From the NCBI GenBank assembly GCA_003427395.1, contig BFEA01000008.1, forward strand, positions 4,861,370 to 4,923,787: a stretch of 62,418 nt of DNA, written 5' to 3'. Below are positions 24,981-38,895 of this stretch, in pieces; positions within the stretch are counted from its first letter, which is position 1; each line of letters begins with the position of its first letter. The position numbers and the translations under genes were made by a program. Source of the DNA: Chara braunii (lineage: Eukaryota > Plantae > Charophyceae). The notes beneath the pieces were generated by a model that did not search any database, was not told the origin of the DNA, and saw nothing but the letters and a program-made list of their open reading frames with translations.

Positions 24981-25062
24981 AGTTATTTCGAACGGCAGGT
25001 CCCATCTTGATTGCCGTCTGGCTCAAATCCACAAGTTTCATGCTCTCCAGTTCGCCTTTCCC
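24981..25062 (-). CDS. MSD: Mn superoxide dismutase, exon 2
   Basis: TAG acceptor and GTTAAG donor; GKGELESMKLVDLSQTAIKMGPAVRNN plus 1 nt; phases match both neighbouring exons. Confidence 0.85.
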
Positions 25063-26804
25063 CTACACACCACACACCACCATTCAGCCACAGCGGCCAA
25101 TACACAAAACAATGTCACACTCGCCGCTTTACCACCCCGCTTTGCCCTCGCATTCCTCTACTACCATCCCACAAAAACATTACAAATCAAAAGCTGCAAA
25201 ACAAAAACCGTCAATACCACTCCCCCGCTCCCCCGTCCAACCCGGTGCTAGGTCCCAGCACGAATTAAGAGATATTGACCGTCAATGGCAAAGATCTCCC
25301 CTCCCATCCATTATGACATGCGGGAAAAAGAACAAAATGGGCAACACCGTGCTTTGTTCTGAACATCTTCTTTTGAAAGGCCAAGTCCCACTTACGACAT
25401 TTAGTTGTAGTAGTTCAACGGTTTTACACATTATAGTCCATTAAAACGTTGCCATATCATTTGTCGAAGTTCTTTTTTCTCCTTTGATTTCGAAAACAAG
25501 AAATTCATCTGACGGGGTTGAAGTAGTTCAACGGTTTTACACAATAGTCCATTAAAATGTTGCCATATCATTTGTCGACGTTCTTTTTTCTCTTTTGATT
25601 TCAAAAACAAAAAATTCATCTGACAGGGCACCTCCACGATCGCCGACCTTTCAGCAGAGGCCAATGGGTGGAGAACAGCTGTGAGCACAATCCGGCCACC
25701 ATCATTGACATATGAGACTTCACGTGCATTGCACCTGGACACGTTGTCAGAGTTGTGAATGTAGGCTTGTATCTGGGATTGGAGCATGGCGGTTACGGGA
25801 CAAAATAAAAATTTGAAAACTAACGGCATGGCCCAGGGACCTCTTTCCAAACTCAAAGAAAAGCAGGCCATATGAGCGAACCTATCCATTTTTTTGGAGC
25901 GTAAGGCCTTTCTGTCATTTCTCATTCGAGAAGTCTTCTTGCACTATTCCGTCCCTCCCACCCCCTCATGGATATACACTTCCCCACTTTCGGCAATCAT
26001 ACACAAAGGGCGGTTGCACACCACCCCTTCATGTCTCCCAAAACAAAAAAGAACTGGGTCGAATGTGGACGTGTTAAGGGTCAAGGGGGAAACCGTTTGC
26101 CAGCACAAACAAAAAACACAGAGGAAAGATTGAAGTCCTCTAAATGCGCCTAAATGCTGCAACACGATTGCTCTTGAAAGCACAGATGTTATTCACGACT
26201 GCATGTGGACGTGTGAAAGCCCAATCATACCTCATGCCTAAAAAAGAATCCCCACACTCTTCGAGCCTCGTACTACACCACTTGAAATAAGAGTTTCAAG
26301 TATGCACACTAAACAGCAATTCTGGTTAATTACAATTGCTCCATTTAAAGTTCCATGTACACTCGAGGAAACCTTGAACAAGATCTCTACACTTGAAACC
26401 AGGTCCACGGCTTGCTGACCAATCCTGCACCAGGATCACCTGCTGGAAAAAGGAAAAAAGTGCTGGCGGTATCCACTGGCACTTCCTCAGGGAGGTAGAC
26501 TGTGCAATTTGGCCCCAGCGGGACTTGAGAGATTCAAGTATGCACACTTGAGAGCAGGAATTCAAAGTGAATTACAGCAGGGTCATTAGAGGGGTGGAAC
26601 GAAGAATTTTCCATCACCCCTTCTAGTTCAAGTGGTGTCCAACGACGCCCTTCGTGGGAGGGATCATCCCACAATCTCGCTGGATGGAAATAGCAGGCAC
26701 CCGTGTGTTAGGAAATAGTTACGGACTCATAAAAACGACGGAATTTGCATGGCTACATGAGAGAAGTTGGCCATCGATGTTACACTCGTTTACTACCTCT
26801 CTGA

Positions 26805-27305
26805 TAGTCAGCTAGCTCAACATCGACCCCAGGCCAACTACCCCTTGTTGCAAGCCCAAAACATTCTTATTACGCATTTCAACTCCGCCTAAACAGCCCC
26901 CACAGAAATCCCAACTATGCCGATCTATCAGCCACACGATGTCCACAGGCTTGGCCATTGACGCTGAGCTAGCTGACTACCTCGACGTTAACCCCAGGCC
27001 CACTACCCCTTGTCGCAAGCTCGAAACATTTTTATTACGTATTTGAACTCCGCCTAAACAGCCCCCCCCAAAAAAATATTAATAATAATTTAAAAAATCC
27101 CAACCGTGCCGATCTATCAGCCACACGATGTCCACAGGCTTGGCCATTGACGCTGAGCTAGCTGACTACCTCAACGTTGACCCCAGGCCCACTACCCCTT
27201 GTTGCAAGCTCAAAACATTTTTTTTACGCATTTGAACCCGGCCTAAGCAGCCCCCACAAATTTGCCAACTGTGCCGATCTATCAGCCACACGGTGTCCAC
27301 AGGCC
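26805..27305. repeat. Three tandem copies of a ~170-190 bp unit
   Basis: ccccaggcc-actaccccttg...gccgatctatcagccacacg-tgtccacagg three times. Confidence 0.85.
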
Positions 27306-28456
27306 GAATCGATCACTGAGGCCGCTCTATGTTGTATCAACGTGGGCGTATGTCGTATCAACGTGGACCTAGCTCAACGCGTAAATGGGACTTATACCTC
27401 TCAATTCAACCCGCATACTGACAGCACCAGCCAGCTTAGCTTACAGGCTTGCGCCTGAGGAAAAACCTCTATCGAAATTCCAAGCATCAAACCGGCCCTG
27501 AAATTTCTGCACTGTTCAGACAATCTCACTCGACCAAAGAAAATCCTCCCACGAAGTTGCATAAATGTGCCCTGATGCATAAATGTGCCCAGATGCATAC
27601 GCTGCCATCAAATTACAACAAACACTCCAACAAAGTTCAGGCTCCTGAATTACAACAATCACTCCCACAAAGTTCACGCTCCTGATTGCCGAGTCAACAA
27701 AACTGGACCCGGTTCCCAGTCGATAACTTTCCTTTCTCCAGGTCGAATTGCGAGGTCCCCAGCCTCTTCCTTGCGATTTTGGAATACAAATTGTCAGTGA
27801 CTCTCCTAAGGGAAAAAAAAAACAAAAAAAAATTCCGATGAAACAGTTTGTCACAGCCCCTCGTTCATAGTCCTCTTCTCCCTCTCTGCCTACCTGCAGT
27901 TCTGTATGACGATATGCGTTATGTATATATATTGTCACACAACTGCCAATAGAGAGGGAGAAAAGAACATGTGAGCAGAACCCTTTTGACCCACCGCTCA
28001 ATCCTTGACCTTGCCCATTCCTCGATTCCCTTTTTCGTTCCTTCCTAAGCTTTTCTTCATTTCTTACAAGGGGTATCCTCGTCGAACTGACCGGACCCAG
28101 GATTTCATCTGCTTCCCGGATGGGTTCGAACTCAGGTCGGTCTTACAATGACAATTTATGGGTCCACCATTCGGTCACATGGGCTAGGTCAATTTCACCA
28201 CCAGTACCTCCACATTTTTAGGCCGTTAACGCATTGTTGCACCATTCGGTCACATGGGCTGCATTGGCGCACCGCACAGGTCCCTGTCCATTTGCCTCAG
28301 AGCCTCCCCAGAGGGGGCCTCGACATCATTTGGCTCCCAGAAGGGTTCAAGCTCAGGTCGGTCTCCGGTCACATGGGCTAGGCTGATCTCTCCCCTCTTA
28401 ACTCTATTGGATCCAAAGGGGGAAACAGAGCCAGGGGGGGGGGGGGGGGGGGGGGN

Positions 28457-28488
<32 letters not shown>

Positions 28489-30054
28489 AGATCATAGAAA
28501 ATCTCATATATTCATATATTCCGACTCGAGCTTCCAACTTAAAGTCCCTAGTACTTCCGCAACCCTCATCTCCGTGGAATTAATTACGTTTTTTGAACTT
28601 CTTTCCCTTTTTCATCCACAAGCACGCATCCTTCCCCTTCTGCTCTGGGGCCTGGACCCATTAGCGAAGTATTCTACCACTCCGTTCAGGATTTCGATCA
28701 GGTGTGGCCTCGAGTGACGCAGTACGGCCGTTGAATACATCGGATCTCAGCGCCAGGTAGTTTCCGAGCGGGGACTGTGAAGTACGGCCATTGAATACAT
28801 CGGATCTCGGCGGCCTCCGTCCAATGAGATCCATCAAAGTCTAATTTATAGACTCGAAAAGAGGGTTGATTTCCAGACTTCGTTTTTATATTTTGGCTCT
28901 GAGAAATCGAACTTGAAATGTGAAATTCAAATATTGTGGTGGATCTGACAGGAACGCTTCCGCATCTGTCGGATGGCCTGCTAGAGGCATCATGAGATAC
29001 ATGGTGATGAATGTATCCCCATACACGTTACTTGTTCATACTCATGGTACGTGGACACATTTTATTGCCACGGTACAGGTGCACAGCTGTTTTTTGTTTT
29101 ATATGCCATTTCATTCATAAGCATCGAGGACAAAGGAAGACGGAAGTTTTGAGCTATGGCGAACCGTACTCATCCGTATGGAGGAAGAAAGTCAAGTGAC
29201 TAGGCCACCACCGGTTTTGGCCCGAATCAGGAAGGGGTGTAGATGGCTGTTGCGCTAAGAGGTAACAGAAACCCTCTCACAGAGAGCAGAACAGATCCAA
29301 CACAATGGGCATGGAGAGGAAGGGGTTTAGATGGCTCAGACGAATATGTCCTCGACTACTCTATTGAGCTAGAATATAACCCCACAGATGGTGGCAGCGG
29401 ACAGATGGTTTAACGTCCCACAGATGGAACCGGAACACATCATACGAGCAATTTGTCCATCGCTGTTGGCAGCAACTCAGGCTAATGCCAGCTCAGAGAC
29501 TGGTTGTTACCCTTTGGCTGCTATCATTATTCACTACCCCGTCGGTCGTCTGGCTCAGTGAACGAGGCATGAAAGTAGACAGCGAACGTAGACAACGTGT
29601 AAGAGGTGCCGATGGGCATTTGAGTCCACAACCCATTTGTGGTGGGATTGCCCGGTCTCAGCCAGGTTCTGGAAATGGTGGATTAGGACCTGGAGAGTAT
29701 CTGACAAGGCCTTCCACTGCAGCTGGAGGAAGGATGGGGGTACGTGGCACAAGCAATAAGGGCAATCGGCTTTGCAGTCATTTGGTCGGTCAAAATAAGG
29801 AGATTTTCAACGAAGAAGATGTCACAGATGAGGAGCAGACGGTATATTCAGCCTTCAAATTAGGAACACGACTGGAGGAGAAAAGTGCAGACGTCGGCTG
29901 ACAAGGGTCAAGGCAGGAGATGGTTTGATAGAACCTGGGGATATAAGGGAAGTTTAGTGACAGTAGTGAGAACCAAATTGGAATTCTCGCAGTGGCTGAG
30001 AAATTGAACGGTAAATTAGGTGTTGGTTTAAAAGGAGTCGGAAGTCAGTCATAA

Positions 30055-30325
30055 CCAGGTGCACTCCACAATAGGAAGGCAGAGGGATAGTAAGGGTAAG
30101 AGACTGTCCAGAAGTTGGCAGACAAAAGTCCACCCTGCCGGGTTAGGCAGGGAAGCCACAGGGGCGGGACCCTGTGTGGGTTAACTGGGGCAGGTGTCTG
30201 CAATAGGAAGACAGAGGGATAGTAACAGTAAGAGAGTGTCCAGAAGTAGGCGGGCAAAAGTCCACCCTGACGGGTGAGGCAGGCAAGCCACAGGGGCGGG
30301 ACCCTGTGTGGGTCAACTGGGGCAA
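30055..30325. repeat. ~132-bp tandem duplication
   Basis: aataggaag-cagagggatagtaa...gggaccctgtgtggg twice. Confidence 0.8.
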
Positions 30326-31374
30326 TACTTGAAGAGTAGGGGTCGTAGCCTTTGTTCCTGGTCAGGGTTTTCTTTTTCTTTTGAAGTCGGAGTGTTTTTT
30401 TTTCTGAATGGTTTTCCTTTTTCTGTTTGAGAGAATGGGGTCTTTCGCTCGGCCAAGTGTTGTTGGGGTAAAACCCACATACAAATTGTCCCAGACAGTC
30501 AGTGGTTCCTTCTCCGGCGGGTTGTTTGTGAGGAATTCCCGGCCTCATGATTTTTTTTTATTTACTTTTTTTTCCTCGATTCATTCCAAACTGAAACCAG
30601 AGGCCGGGGACCTCACAATTCAACCCGGAGTACTGACAGCATCAGCCAGCTTAGCTTACAGGTTTTACCCTGCGGGAGGCATCATACTCCCACTTTCATC
30701 CAGTCAAAAAATATTTTGGAACTGATCAATTTAAACTCCATTAGCACAGGCCAAACAACTGCTCTACTCTTAACTGGCCTCATGATTTTCATGATAATGG
30801 ACTCCTTGCCTTTTCCCAAAAATAAATAAATAAAAATATCACTTCGTCTTTTTCCAAAAACCATAAAATTGTGTCACACATCGTACAGTACGTCGCTAGT
30901 CCGTCCAGGGCCCTGGGGAGCGTCAGTACGGTTTTGATTATCACCGGCAAAATGAACGAAGAAGTCATAGAAAGAACATTATGGGCCTCGCCACACCACT
31001 CTCGAAATGTGAAAAAGACAAATGTGGCGGGTGCATCTGGCCATGTTCGAGCGGGAAGTTCATTCTCATTTTGCAGATTTCGAGAGTGGTGCGGCGATGC
31101 CCTATATGTCAAAGAGATACGCTACGCCCCGAGTAACGATTGCTTATCACCGGCAAAAACCTTGAAGTCTTGCGACACACATGTACGCCCTGAGCTCCTA
31201 ATTGGAACGAGCTCTCGGTACCTGCACACTGCCTGTTGCTAACGCACACGCGGTGCTAACTCAGCCACTGCGACGACACGTCAGATAGGGCGGGACCTTG
31301 CGGCATTGCATTTCCATTCTCCCTCTCCACATACTTGGATCGAATGAGGGAGGGGGTGCGCGCAGGGCAAACAT

Positions 31375-31434
31375 CTGTCTCTTATACACATCTAGATGTG
31401 TATAAGAGACAGCCAGAACACAGACACATGCTAG

Positions 31435-31472
<38 letters not shown>

Positions 31473-31911
31473 AGAACACACACACTAGCACGCACACACA
31501 CACACGCTAGAACACAGACACACTAGCACGCACACACACACACACACACAGACACATGCTAGCGCACACGCACACACACACACGCTAGAACACAGACACA
31601 TGCTAGCTAGCTAGCACACACACACAAACAGGAACAATCAAACATTTGTGACAGACAAGACAAATGCATCATTTAGTGGAAGGCATTTCGAAACAGCTAA
31701 CAGAGAAGGAGAAACACATTCATCATGACACACAACCGATCAGCTCGTGAGCCTCCCGTGTCCTATCGGTTCAACATGTCTTGTCATCATTACTTTCCTG
31801 CCACACATCAACCCACATCCGACTCTTCGCATGATCAGTTCAGTCCACCACATCCACCTCTTCGCACGATCAGTTCAGTCCACCACGTCATTGTTACTTT
31901 CCCACCACACC
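31375..31911. other. Nextera adapter (31375-31412) followed by a near-identical copy of ~20563-21061: chimeric mate-pair artefact
   Basis: Exact adapter; the duplication starts immediately after it and ends at an N. Confidence 0.9.
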
Positions 31912-33096
31912 NCTTCTTCGCATTCCCGTTGGGTCCCTCTGTGAAATCATCGCATCGTCATTCCAGGGTGCATTATGTTCAGGGTAAGACAATATCAAGT
32001 TGTGGTCAACTGTTCTCTGTATCGGATGGAGGAGACCCATTACTTGATCCTACCGTCTTCCCCTGAACGTAACGCACCCTGATATTGAATGTATAGAAGC
32101 CATCTTTCAGGTCCGGTACAGGCAAAATGAGGGTGCGTTATATTCGGGGGTAGGCCAAGCCGCAAAGCGATCTTGTGAGAAGCCTCCTCGGGAGTGCCAG
32201 GAGCCCAGCCTGGCCCAAACTCGTCGGGGAATTTGCACGGTTTTCAACCGAGGTTTCAACTGCTCCCTCTATCTGTATTGGACCCAGGCCCACTACTTGG
32301 TCCTACCTCACCCGAATAAAACGTCCGGTCATTACAGCTGAACTTGGGCTACATTACACTGATTACAGTCTAGAATACCGCTATAACGACCGTACGTTCT
32401 ATTCCGGCGAAGACAGTCGGTGCAGCCGCAAGGTGATCTTGAGAGAAGCCCCATCATACGGAGTGCCAGCAGGATTGCAGCCATTGCAGCCTCCTACCGT
32501 ACCAGTGAGAGAAGCCCCATCATACGGAGTGCAGGATTGCAGTCCGCGGGCCAAGTCCCAGTTACGTGAATTCTCAATTCCCGACCTTTCATTAGCACCA
32601 AGATCGACGGCCAAAAATGAAGATTGAAGTAAATGGGACTTCGCCGCGGGAAATTTCGCGTTTTAACCGAGGTTTCAACAATTCTCTGTATTCCGGTCAC
32701 TACAGATGAATTTGGTCACTATAGATGAATTTGGTCATTATCGATGAATTTGGTACTTATAGATGAATTTGGACAAGGCCCAAGGCGACCTTGGCAGAAG
32801 CCCCCTACGGAGTGCCAGGAGCGCAGCCTGGCCGAAATGCGTCTCGGAATTTGCGCGATTCAACAGATAAGAGTACATACGGAAATTCGCCTTTCAAGAT
32901 GCGTGTACGTGAAGCATGTACGTGAATCGTTTTATGGCCAATGCTTTTTAACCGTTTTTTATTTACTTTTAAACTATAATAGATGAAGCTTAAACATTCG
33001 CAGGCACCTTGGATTTCGGGAGAATCGATGGCACCGTGTTTTCGATGACAAAACGTTTAATTTTACGTAAAGAGTGCTACGTTGATTTAAACCTAT

Positions 33097-33248
33097 GTGC
33101 ATGCATGCACTGTTGGCGAAGCGTATGAACCTCTACTTGTCTATATTTCCCTGGAGAAGCCTTTCGCTGGCATGCATGCATGCATGCACCGTTGGCGACG
33201 TATGAAACTCTACTTGTCTATATTTCCCTGGAGAAGCCTTTCGCTGGC
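33097..33248. repeat. ~75-80 bp satellite running into an N gap
   Basis: gcatgcatgcac-gttggcga...ctggagaagcctttcgctgg twice. Confidence 0.8.
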
Positions 33249-35694
33249 NNNNNNNNNNNNNNNNNNNNNNNNNNNNNNNNNNNNNNNNNNNNNNNNNNNN
33301 NNNNNNNNNNNNNNNNNNNNNNNNNNNNNNNNNNNNNNNNNNNNNNNNNNNNNNNNNNNNNNNNNNNNNNNNNNNNNNNNNNNNNNNNNNNNNNNNNNNN
33401 NNNNNNNNNNNNNNNNNNNNNNNNNNNNNNNNNNNNNNNNNNNNNNNNNNNNNNNNNNNNNNNNNNNNNNNNNNNNNNNNNNNNNNNNNNNNNNNNNNNN
33501 NNNNNNNNNNNNNNNNNNNNNNNNNNNNNNNNNNNNNNNNNNNNNNNNNNNNNNNNNNNNNNNNNNNNNNNNNNNNNNNNNNNNNNNNNNNNNNNNNNNN
33601 NNNNNNNNNNNNNNNNNNNNNNNNNNNNNNNNNNNNNNNNNNNNNNNNNNNNNNNNNNNNNNNNNNNNNNNNNNNNNNNNNNNNNNNNNNNNNNNNNNNN
33701 NNNNNNNNNNNNNNNNNNNNNNNNNNNNNNNNNNNNNNNNNNNNNNNNNNNNNNNNNNNNNNNNNNNNNNNNNNNNNNNNNNNNNNNNNNNNNNNNNNNN
33801 NNNNNNNNNNNNNNNNNNNNNNNNNNNNNNNNNNNNNNNNNNNNNNNNNNNNNNNNNNNNNNNNNNNNNNNNNNNNNNNNNNNNNNNNNNNNNNNNNNNN
33901 NNNNNNNNNNNNNNNNNNNNNNNNNNNNNNNNNNNNNNNNNNNNNNNNNNNNNNNNNNNNNNNNNNNNNNNNNNNNNNNNNNNNNNNNNNNNNNNNNNNN
34001 NNNNNNNNNNNNNNNNNNNNNNNNNNNNNNNNNNNNNNNNNNNNNNNNNNNNNNNNNNNNNNNNNNNNNNNNNNNNNNNNNNNNNNNNNNNNNNNNNNNN
34101 NNNNNNNNNNNNNNNNNNNNNNNNNNNNNNNNNNNNNNNNNNNNNNNNNNNNNNNNNNNNNNNNNNNNNNNNNNNNNNNNNNNNNNNNNNNNNNNNNNNN
34201 NNNNNNNNNNNNNNNNNNNNNNNNNNNNNNNNNNNNNNNNNNCACATCACCCGTGCCCCAAGCAAACATTACACAGGTCGGATCTGGTGCACACCTATCT
34301 CTAACGCCACTCGCTGATCAATACTGATCTGGTTGACCCTTTCTACGGGGTAACCCATTAACCTAAACCCCACTTACAGACTTCTTCATTGCTACATCAC
34401 ATTCATCGTATTAGCAACCCACACCACTCACCGGTCAATACTTTTCTTGGACCCTTCCTAACACACAAGTAACCCACTCACCTACACCCCACTTACATAC
34501 TTCATTGCTACATTCATCGTCATTGTCGCCTCCTAACCCACACCCCCCCCTACATAGTACATACTGCATTACCCCCTTCGTCGTAATACGCGTTCAACTC
34601 CAGAGTGGACATCCTACTAGAGCCCCGCCCCTCCATGAGCCTCGCCGCACGGCAGACGAAATGGTAAGCGCACGCGCGCATCTTCCCACCGAACATGGAA
34701 TGATTCACCCCTTCAAAATAGTTACGAATGTACTTTCCCGCCATCTGTGAACGGTGGCACCCGCGTGCATCTTCCCACCTAACATGGAACTCCTTCAAAT
34801 AGTTACGAATGTACTTTCCCGCCATCCGTGAACGGTGGCACCCGATTTTTATCCGCTTCGCACGCGCCATGCGGCGAGGCCCCACGATTAACGGCGGCAG
34901 TAAATAACACAATGGCCCGCCGCAATCGCGCGGTCAACGGTAACTACTAGCTTCCCCGAATACAACGCACCCGCGCGATCCACGGTAACTACCAGCTTCC
35001 CCCGAACACAACGCACCCTCATTGTGGTTGTGACTGGAAACATGGAACTACACTTTGGCTGTACCTGACTGGACGCACGGCTCGTCTACATTCATTATCA
35101 GCGTCCGTTACGTTCGGGGGAAAACGACAGCTATCTACACCTATTGTAACCACCTCACCTCCCATCACAAATGCATTGTTCCCTTCTTTACACACATCAC
35201 GCCCTCTCTCCTCCACAGCACACTCGTCCTACCGACAACGAGGCTGTGCACCTGACGGCAATGCCATAGGTGATGCCGACAGTCTAAGTAACAGCATCCA
35301 CTGGAAAATGCCATAGGTGATGCCGACAGTCTTAAGTAACAGCATCCACTGGACGACCACAACAATTTTACTAGAAAGACTAGTCCGAGCCACGAATCGA
35401 CCCATCATCTAGCGAGTGCAATATCCTAGAGTTCCTCCGATCTGCATGCCAGCCAATCTCAGGCTACAGTATACGCACAATCTTCCCCTGATCCGCGTGA
35501 AATGGTCTCTGAGTGCGCCTTTCTACAGCCTCCAACGCACAATCTTCCCCTGATCCGCGTGAGATGGTCTCTGAGTGCGCCTTTCTACAGCCTCCAACCC
35601 TTACAGTGAAACTGAGTCCAACCACTGAAATCTGTCCCTCCTTCAAACCGCGAGCACCCCCGCCCTCAGGCTACGCAAGACATGGTACTCTACC

Positions 35695-36100
35695 AATCAG
35701 GAAGACATCCTACTCGACAAATCAGGACAACTCACGTCCACACACACACACACACACACACACAGTACAGACACACACACACACACCGTACACAAGAGAC
35801 AAAAACGAGAGACGTACCCTCAGATGCCATCAGGAAGACATCCTACTCGACAAATCAGGAAAACTCACGTCCACACACACACACGCCTACTCGACAAATC
35901 AGGAAAACTCATGTCCACACACACACAAACACCCCCCGTACACAGAGACACAAAAACGACACACACACCCACACACACACACACCGTACACAGAGACACA
36001 CAAAAACGACACACACACACACGCCCACTCGACAAATCAGGAAAACTCAACACATCCACACAAACACACACACACACACCGTACACAGACACACACAAAT

Positions 36101-36146
<46 letters not shown>

Positions 36147-36270
36147 GTACACAGAGACACACAAATGACACACACACACACAAACACACCGTACACAGAG
36201 ACACACAAAAACGACACACACACACACACACACACACAGAGACAAAAACGAGAGACTTACCCTCAGATGC
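35695..36270. repeat. (CA)n-based compound minisatellite
   Basis: tactcgacaaatcaggaaaactc and cgtacacagagacac motifs between CA runs. Confidence 0.85.
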
Positions 36271-37195
36271 CAGACAGCACCCGTTCTCCACCGACGAGCC
36301 CACAACGCTTTACCACTCCATCACGTTATCGGACTCAGTATTATCGGACTCAGTGTCGGACTCAGTATAGGCTTTCTATCACATACACCACCATGACGAT
36401 AGACGTTCCATGCCCTCGCGATTAGACAGACCTATAAATAATCGTGTACATATCGTCAAACAGAACTGCCCGGTAAACCGTCAAAGAGAGGGAGAAGAGG
36501 ACAACAAACGAGGGGCTGTGACACACTGTTAAGTTTCACCGACTGATCAGGAGGCTGAACCCTCAAAAACGGTCTGCAAAATCCCCTAACTGATTACACT
36601 GTTCGTGATAATCCACCTTAACGCCGGTTGTGGTTAAGCATCAACTACTGCCCGACAACTAACACCCCTCTGAGGAGGTAGGCACCAACCACTGCCGTCA
36701 AGGTCCTTGCGACGGCAAAAGGGAAAAAAACACAAGACCAAAATATATATACATACATATACAAGGCTACCTGTTGCGGCTTCGCCCGCAAAACAATGAA
36801 GGGAAAAGGGTGCAAATGAGGGTGGGTGGGGGCTTGTTGGTCCGGGTGTAGGTTTGGGTGGTGCCCGGGTGTTTTTTAGGCTCACCTGTGCACTGTTGTT
36901 GACACTGCCGATGGAATGCTGCTGCTGCTTTGAACGCCTTGAATATATGCTTTCTTTTTTCTCTTTTTGAATTTTTTTTGCTTTTTTCTCCTGTCAGAGA
37001 CCTAATCACAGTTTGCATTCTTTTCAGTTGTGGTTTGCTGGGTATGTGATTGTTCGGCTTTGAACTCGTCTGTTGTGTGTCACACGTTGCATACCTGTCT
37101 CCCGCTCACCACAAATATTCTTTCTCAGATGTCGGGAGATACGCAATTCTGTGATCGTGTGGGGGGGAAAGGGGCAGGCCGTGTAATAAGATTGG

Positions 37196-37263
<68 letters not shown>

Positions 37264-37285
37264 ACCACATGCTATTTCTTTTAAA

Positions 37286-37512
37286 GGTCTCGATGGATCA
37301 CGGAATCACGGATCAGATATGAAACTGATCGGAGCAGATGCTACACTTGATCGTGGGGAGTGGGGTGGCACGTAGTTAGTTAGATTGGGCTCTCTCTCTC
37401 TCCCTCTCTCTCTCTCTTCCAACACAGGTCTCGATGGACCACGGATCAGATATAAACTGATCGGAGCAGATAGGTGGGGTGGGGAGTGGAGTGGCACGTA
37501 GTTAGTTAGATT

Positions 37513-37567
<55 letters not shown>

Positions 37568-38202
37568 NNNNNNNNNNNNNNNNNNNNNNNNNNNNNNNNN
37601 NNNNNNNNNNNNNNNNNNNNNNNNNNNNNNNNNNNNNNNNNNNNNNNNNNNNNNNNNNNNNNNNNNNNNNNNNNNNNNNNNNNNNNNNNNNNNNNNNNNN
37701 NNNNNNNNNNNNNNNNNNNNNNNNNNNNNNNNNNNNNNNNNNNNNNNNNNNNNNNNNNNNNNNNNNNNNNNNNNNNNNNNNNNNNNNNNNNNNNNNNNNN
37801 NNNNNNNNNNNNNNNNNNNNNNNNNNNNNNNNNNNNNNNNNNNNNNNNNNNNNNNNNNNNNNNNNNNNNNNNNNNNNNNNNNNNNNNNNNNNNNNNNNNN
37901 NNNNNNNNNNNNNNNNNNNNNNNNNNNNNNNNNNNNNNNNNNNNNNNNNNNNNNNNNNNNNNNNNNNNNNNNNNNNNNNNNNNNNNNNNNNNNNNNNNNN
38001 NNNNNNNNNNNNNNNNNNNNNNNNNNNNNNNNNNNNNNNNNNNNNNNNNNNNNNNNNNNNNNNNNNNNNNNNNNNNNNNNNNNNNNNNNNNNNNNNNNNN
38101 NNNNNNNNNNNNNNNNNNNNNNNNNNNNNNNNNNNNNNNNNNNNNNNNNNNNNNNNNNNNNNNNNNNNNNNNNNNNNNNNNNNNNNNNNNNNNNNNNNNN
38201 NN

Positions 38203-38283
<81 letters not shown>

Positions 38284-38496
38284 TCTCTCTCCCCACAGTG
38301 TCTTGTGCGCACGCGTTTAAACCATCCCGATCGACCCTCGCTCTCTCGTGCGCGCGCATGTTTTTTGTTTTTTTTAAATAAAAAGGTCTCGATGGACCAC
38401 AGATCAGATATGAAACTGAACGGAGCAGATACTACGCTTGATCGTGTGGCGGGAAAGATCTGATATGAAGCTGATCGAAGCATATACTACACGATC
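37286..38496 (-). ncRNA. Array of U2 snRNA core fragments (37286-37352, 37427-37472, 38385-38443, 38457-38496)
   Basis: Consensus GATCAAGTGTAGTATCTGCTCCGATCAGTTTCATATCTGATC matches 37/42 nt of canonical U2 (branch-recognition region plus stem IIa). A stem IIb-like GGTC/GACC hairpin follows. There is no stem I, Sm site or stems III/IV. Confidence 0.85.
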
Positions 38497-38559
38497 GTTT
38501 TTCGGGGGCGCGGGGGGTTGGGGGGGGGCGGGAGGCGCATAGTTCGTTAGATTGGTCTT

Positions 38560-38626
<67 letters not shown>

Positions 38627-38781
38627 TGCTCGTAGTTCGAAGCAAACAAAGAAACGAAAGCAACAGATATCAATAACAAAGTGTAGTTAACTCACCGTCA
38701 GTCAGCGTCCCACCTTCAGGATGCGGAGCCCAACCTCCGGCACGTAAAAAGCGTCGTGTGTGTTCAGTCTGGGTGTTTTTG

Positions 38782-38835
<54 letters not shown>

Positions 38836-38895
38836 GTGTGTGTGTGTGTGTGTGTCGCGCGCGCTGACTGCGTGCGTGCGTGGGCATCACTAAGC

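Noticed and set aside
31413-31911. Apparent segmental duplication of SOD intron 3
   Set aside because: Adapter-flanked, near-identical and at mate-pair distance
33097-34317. Long ORFs here and at 37506-38483 and 44204-44950
   Set aside because: They only read through N gaps
35513-36425. His/Thr-rich or Cys/Val-rich ORFs
   Set aside because: Translations of (CA)n minisatellite
36631-36720. HDV-like ribozyme on the - strand (CCUCCUC loop, GGGCA, possible P1/P2)
   Set aside because: P3/L3 spacing is too long and there is no C-R-A J4/2; better read as simple hairpins
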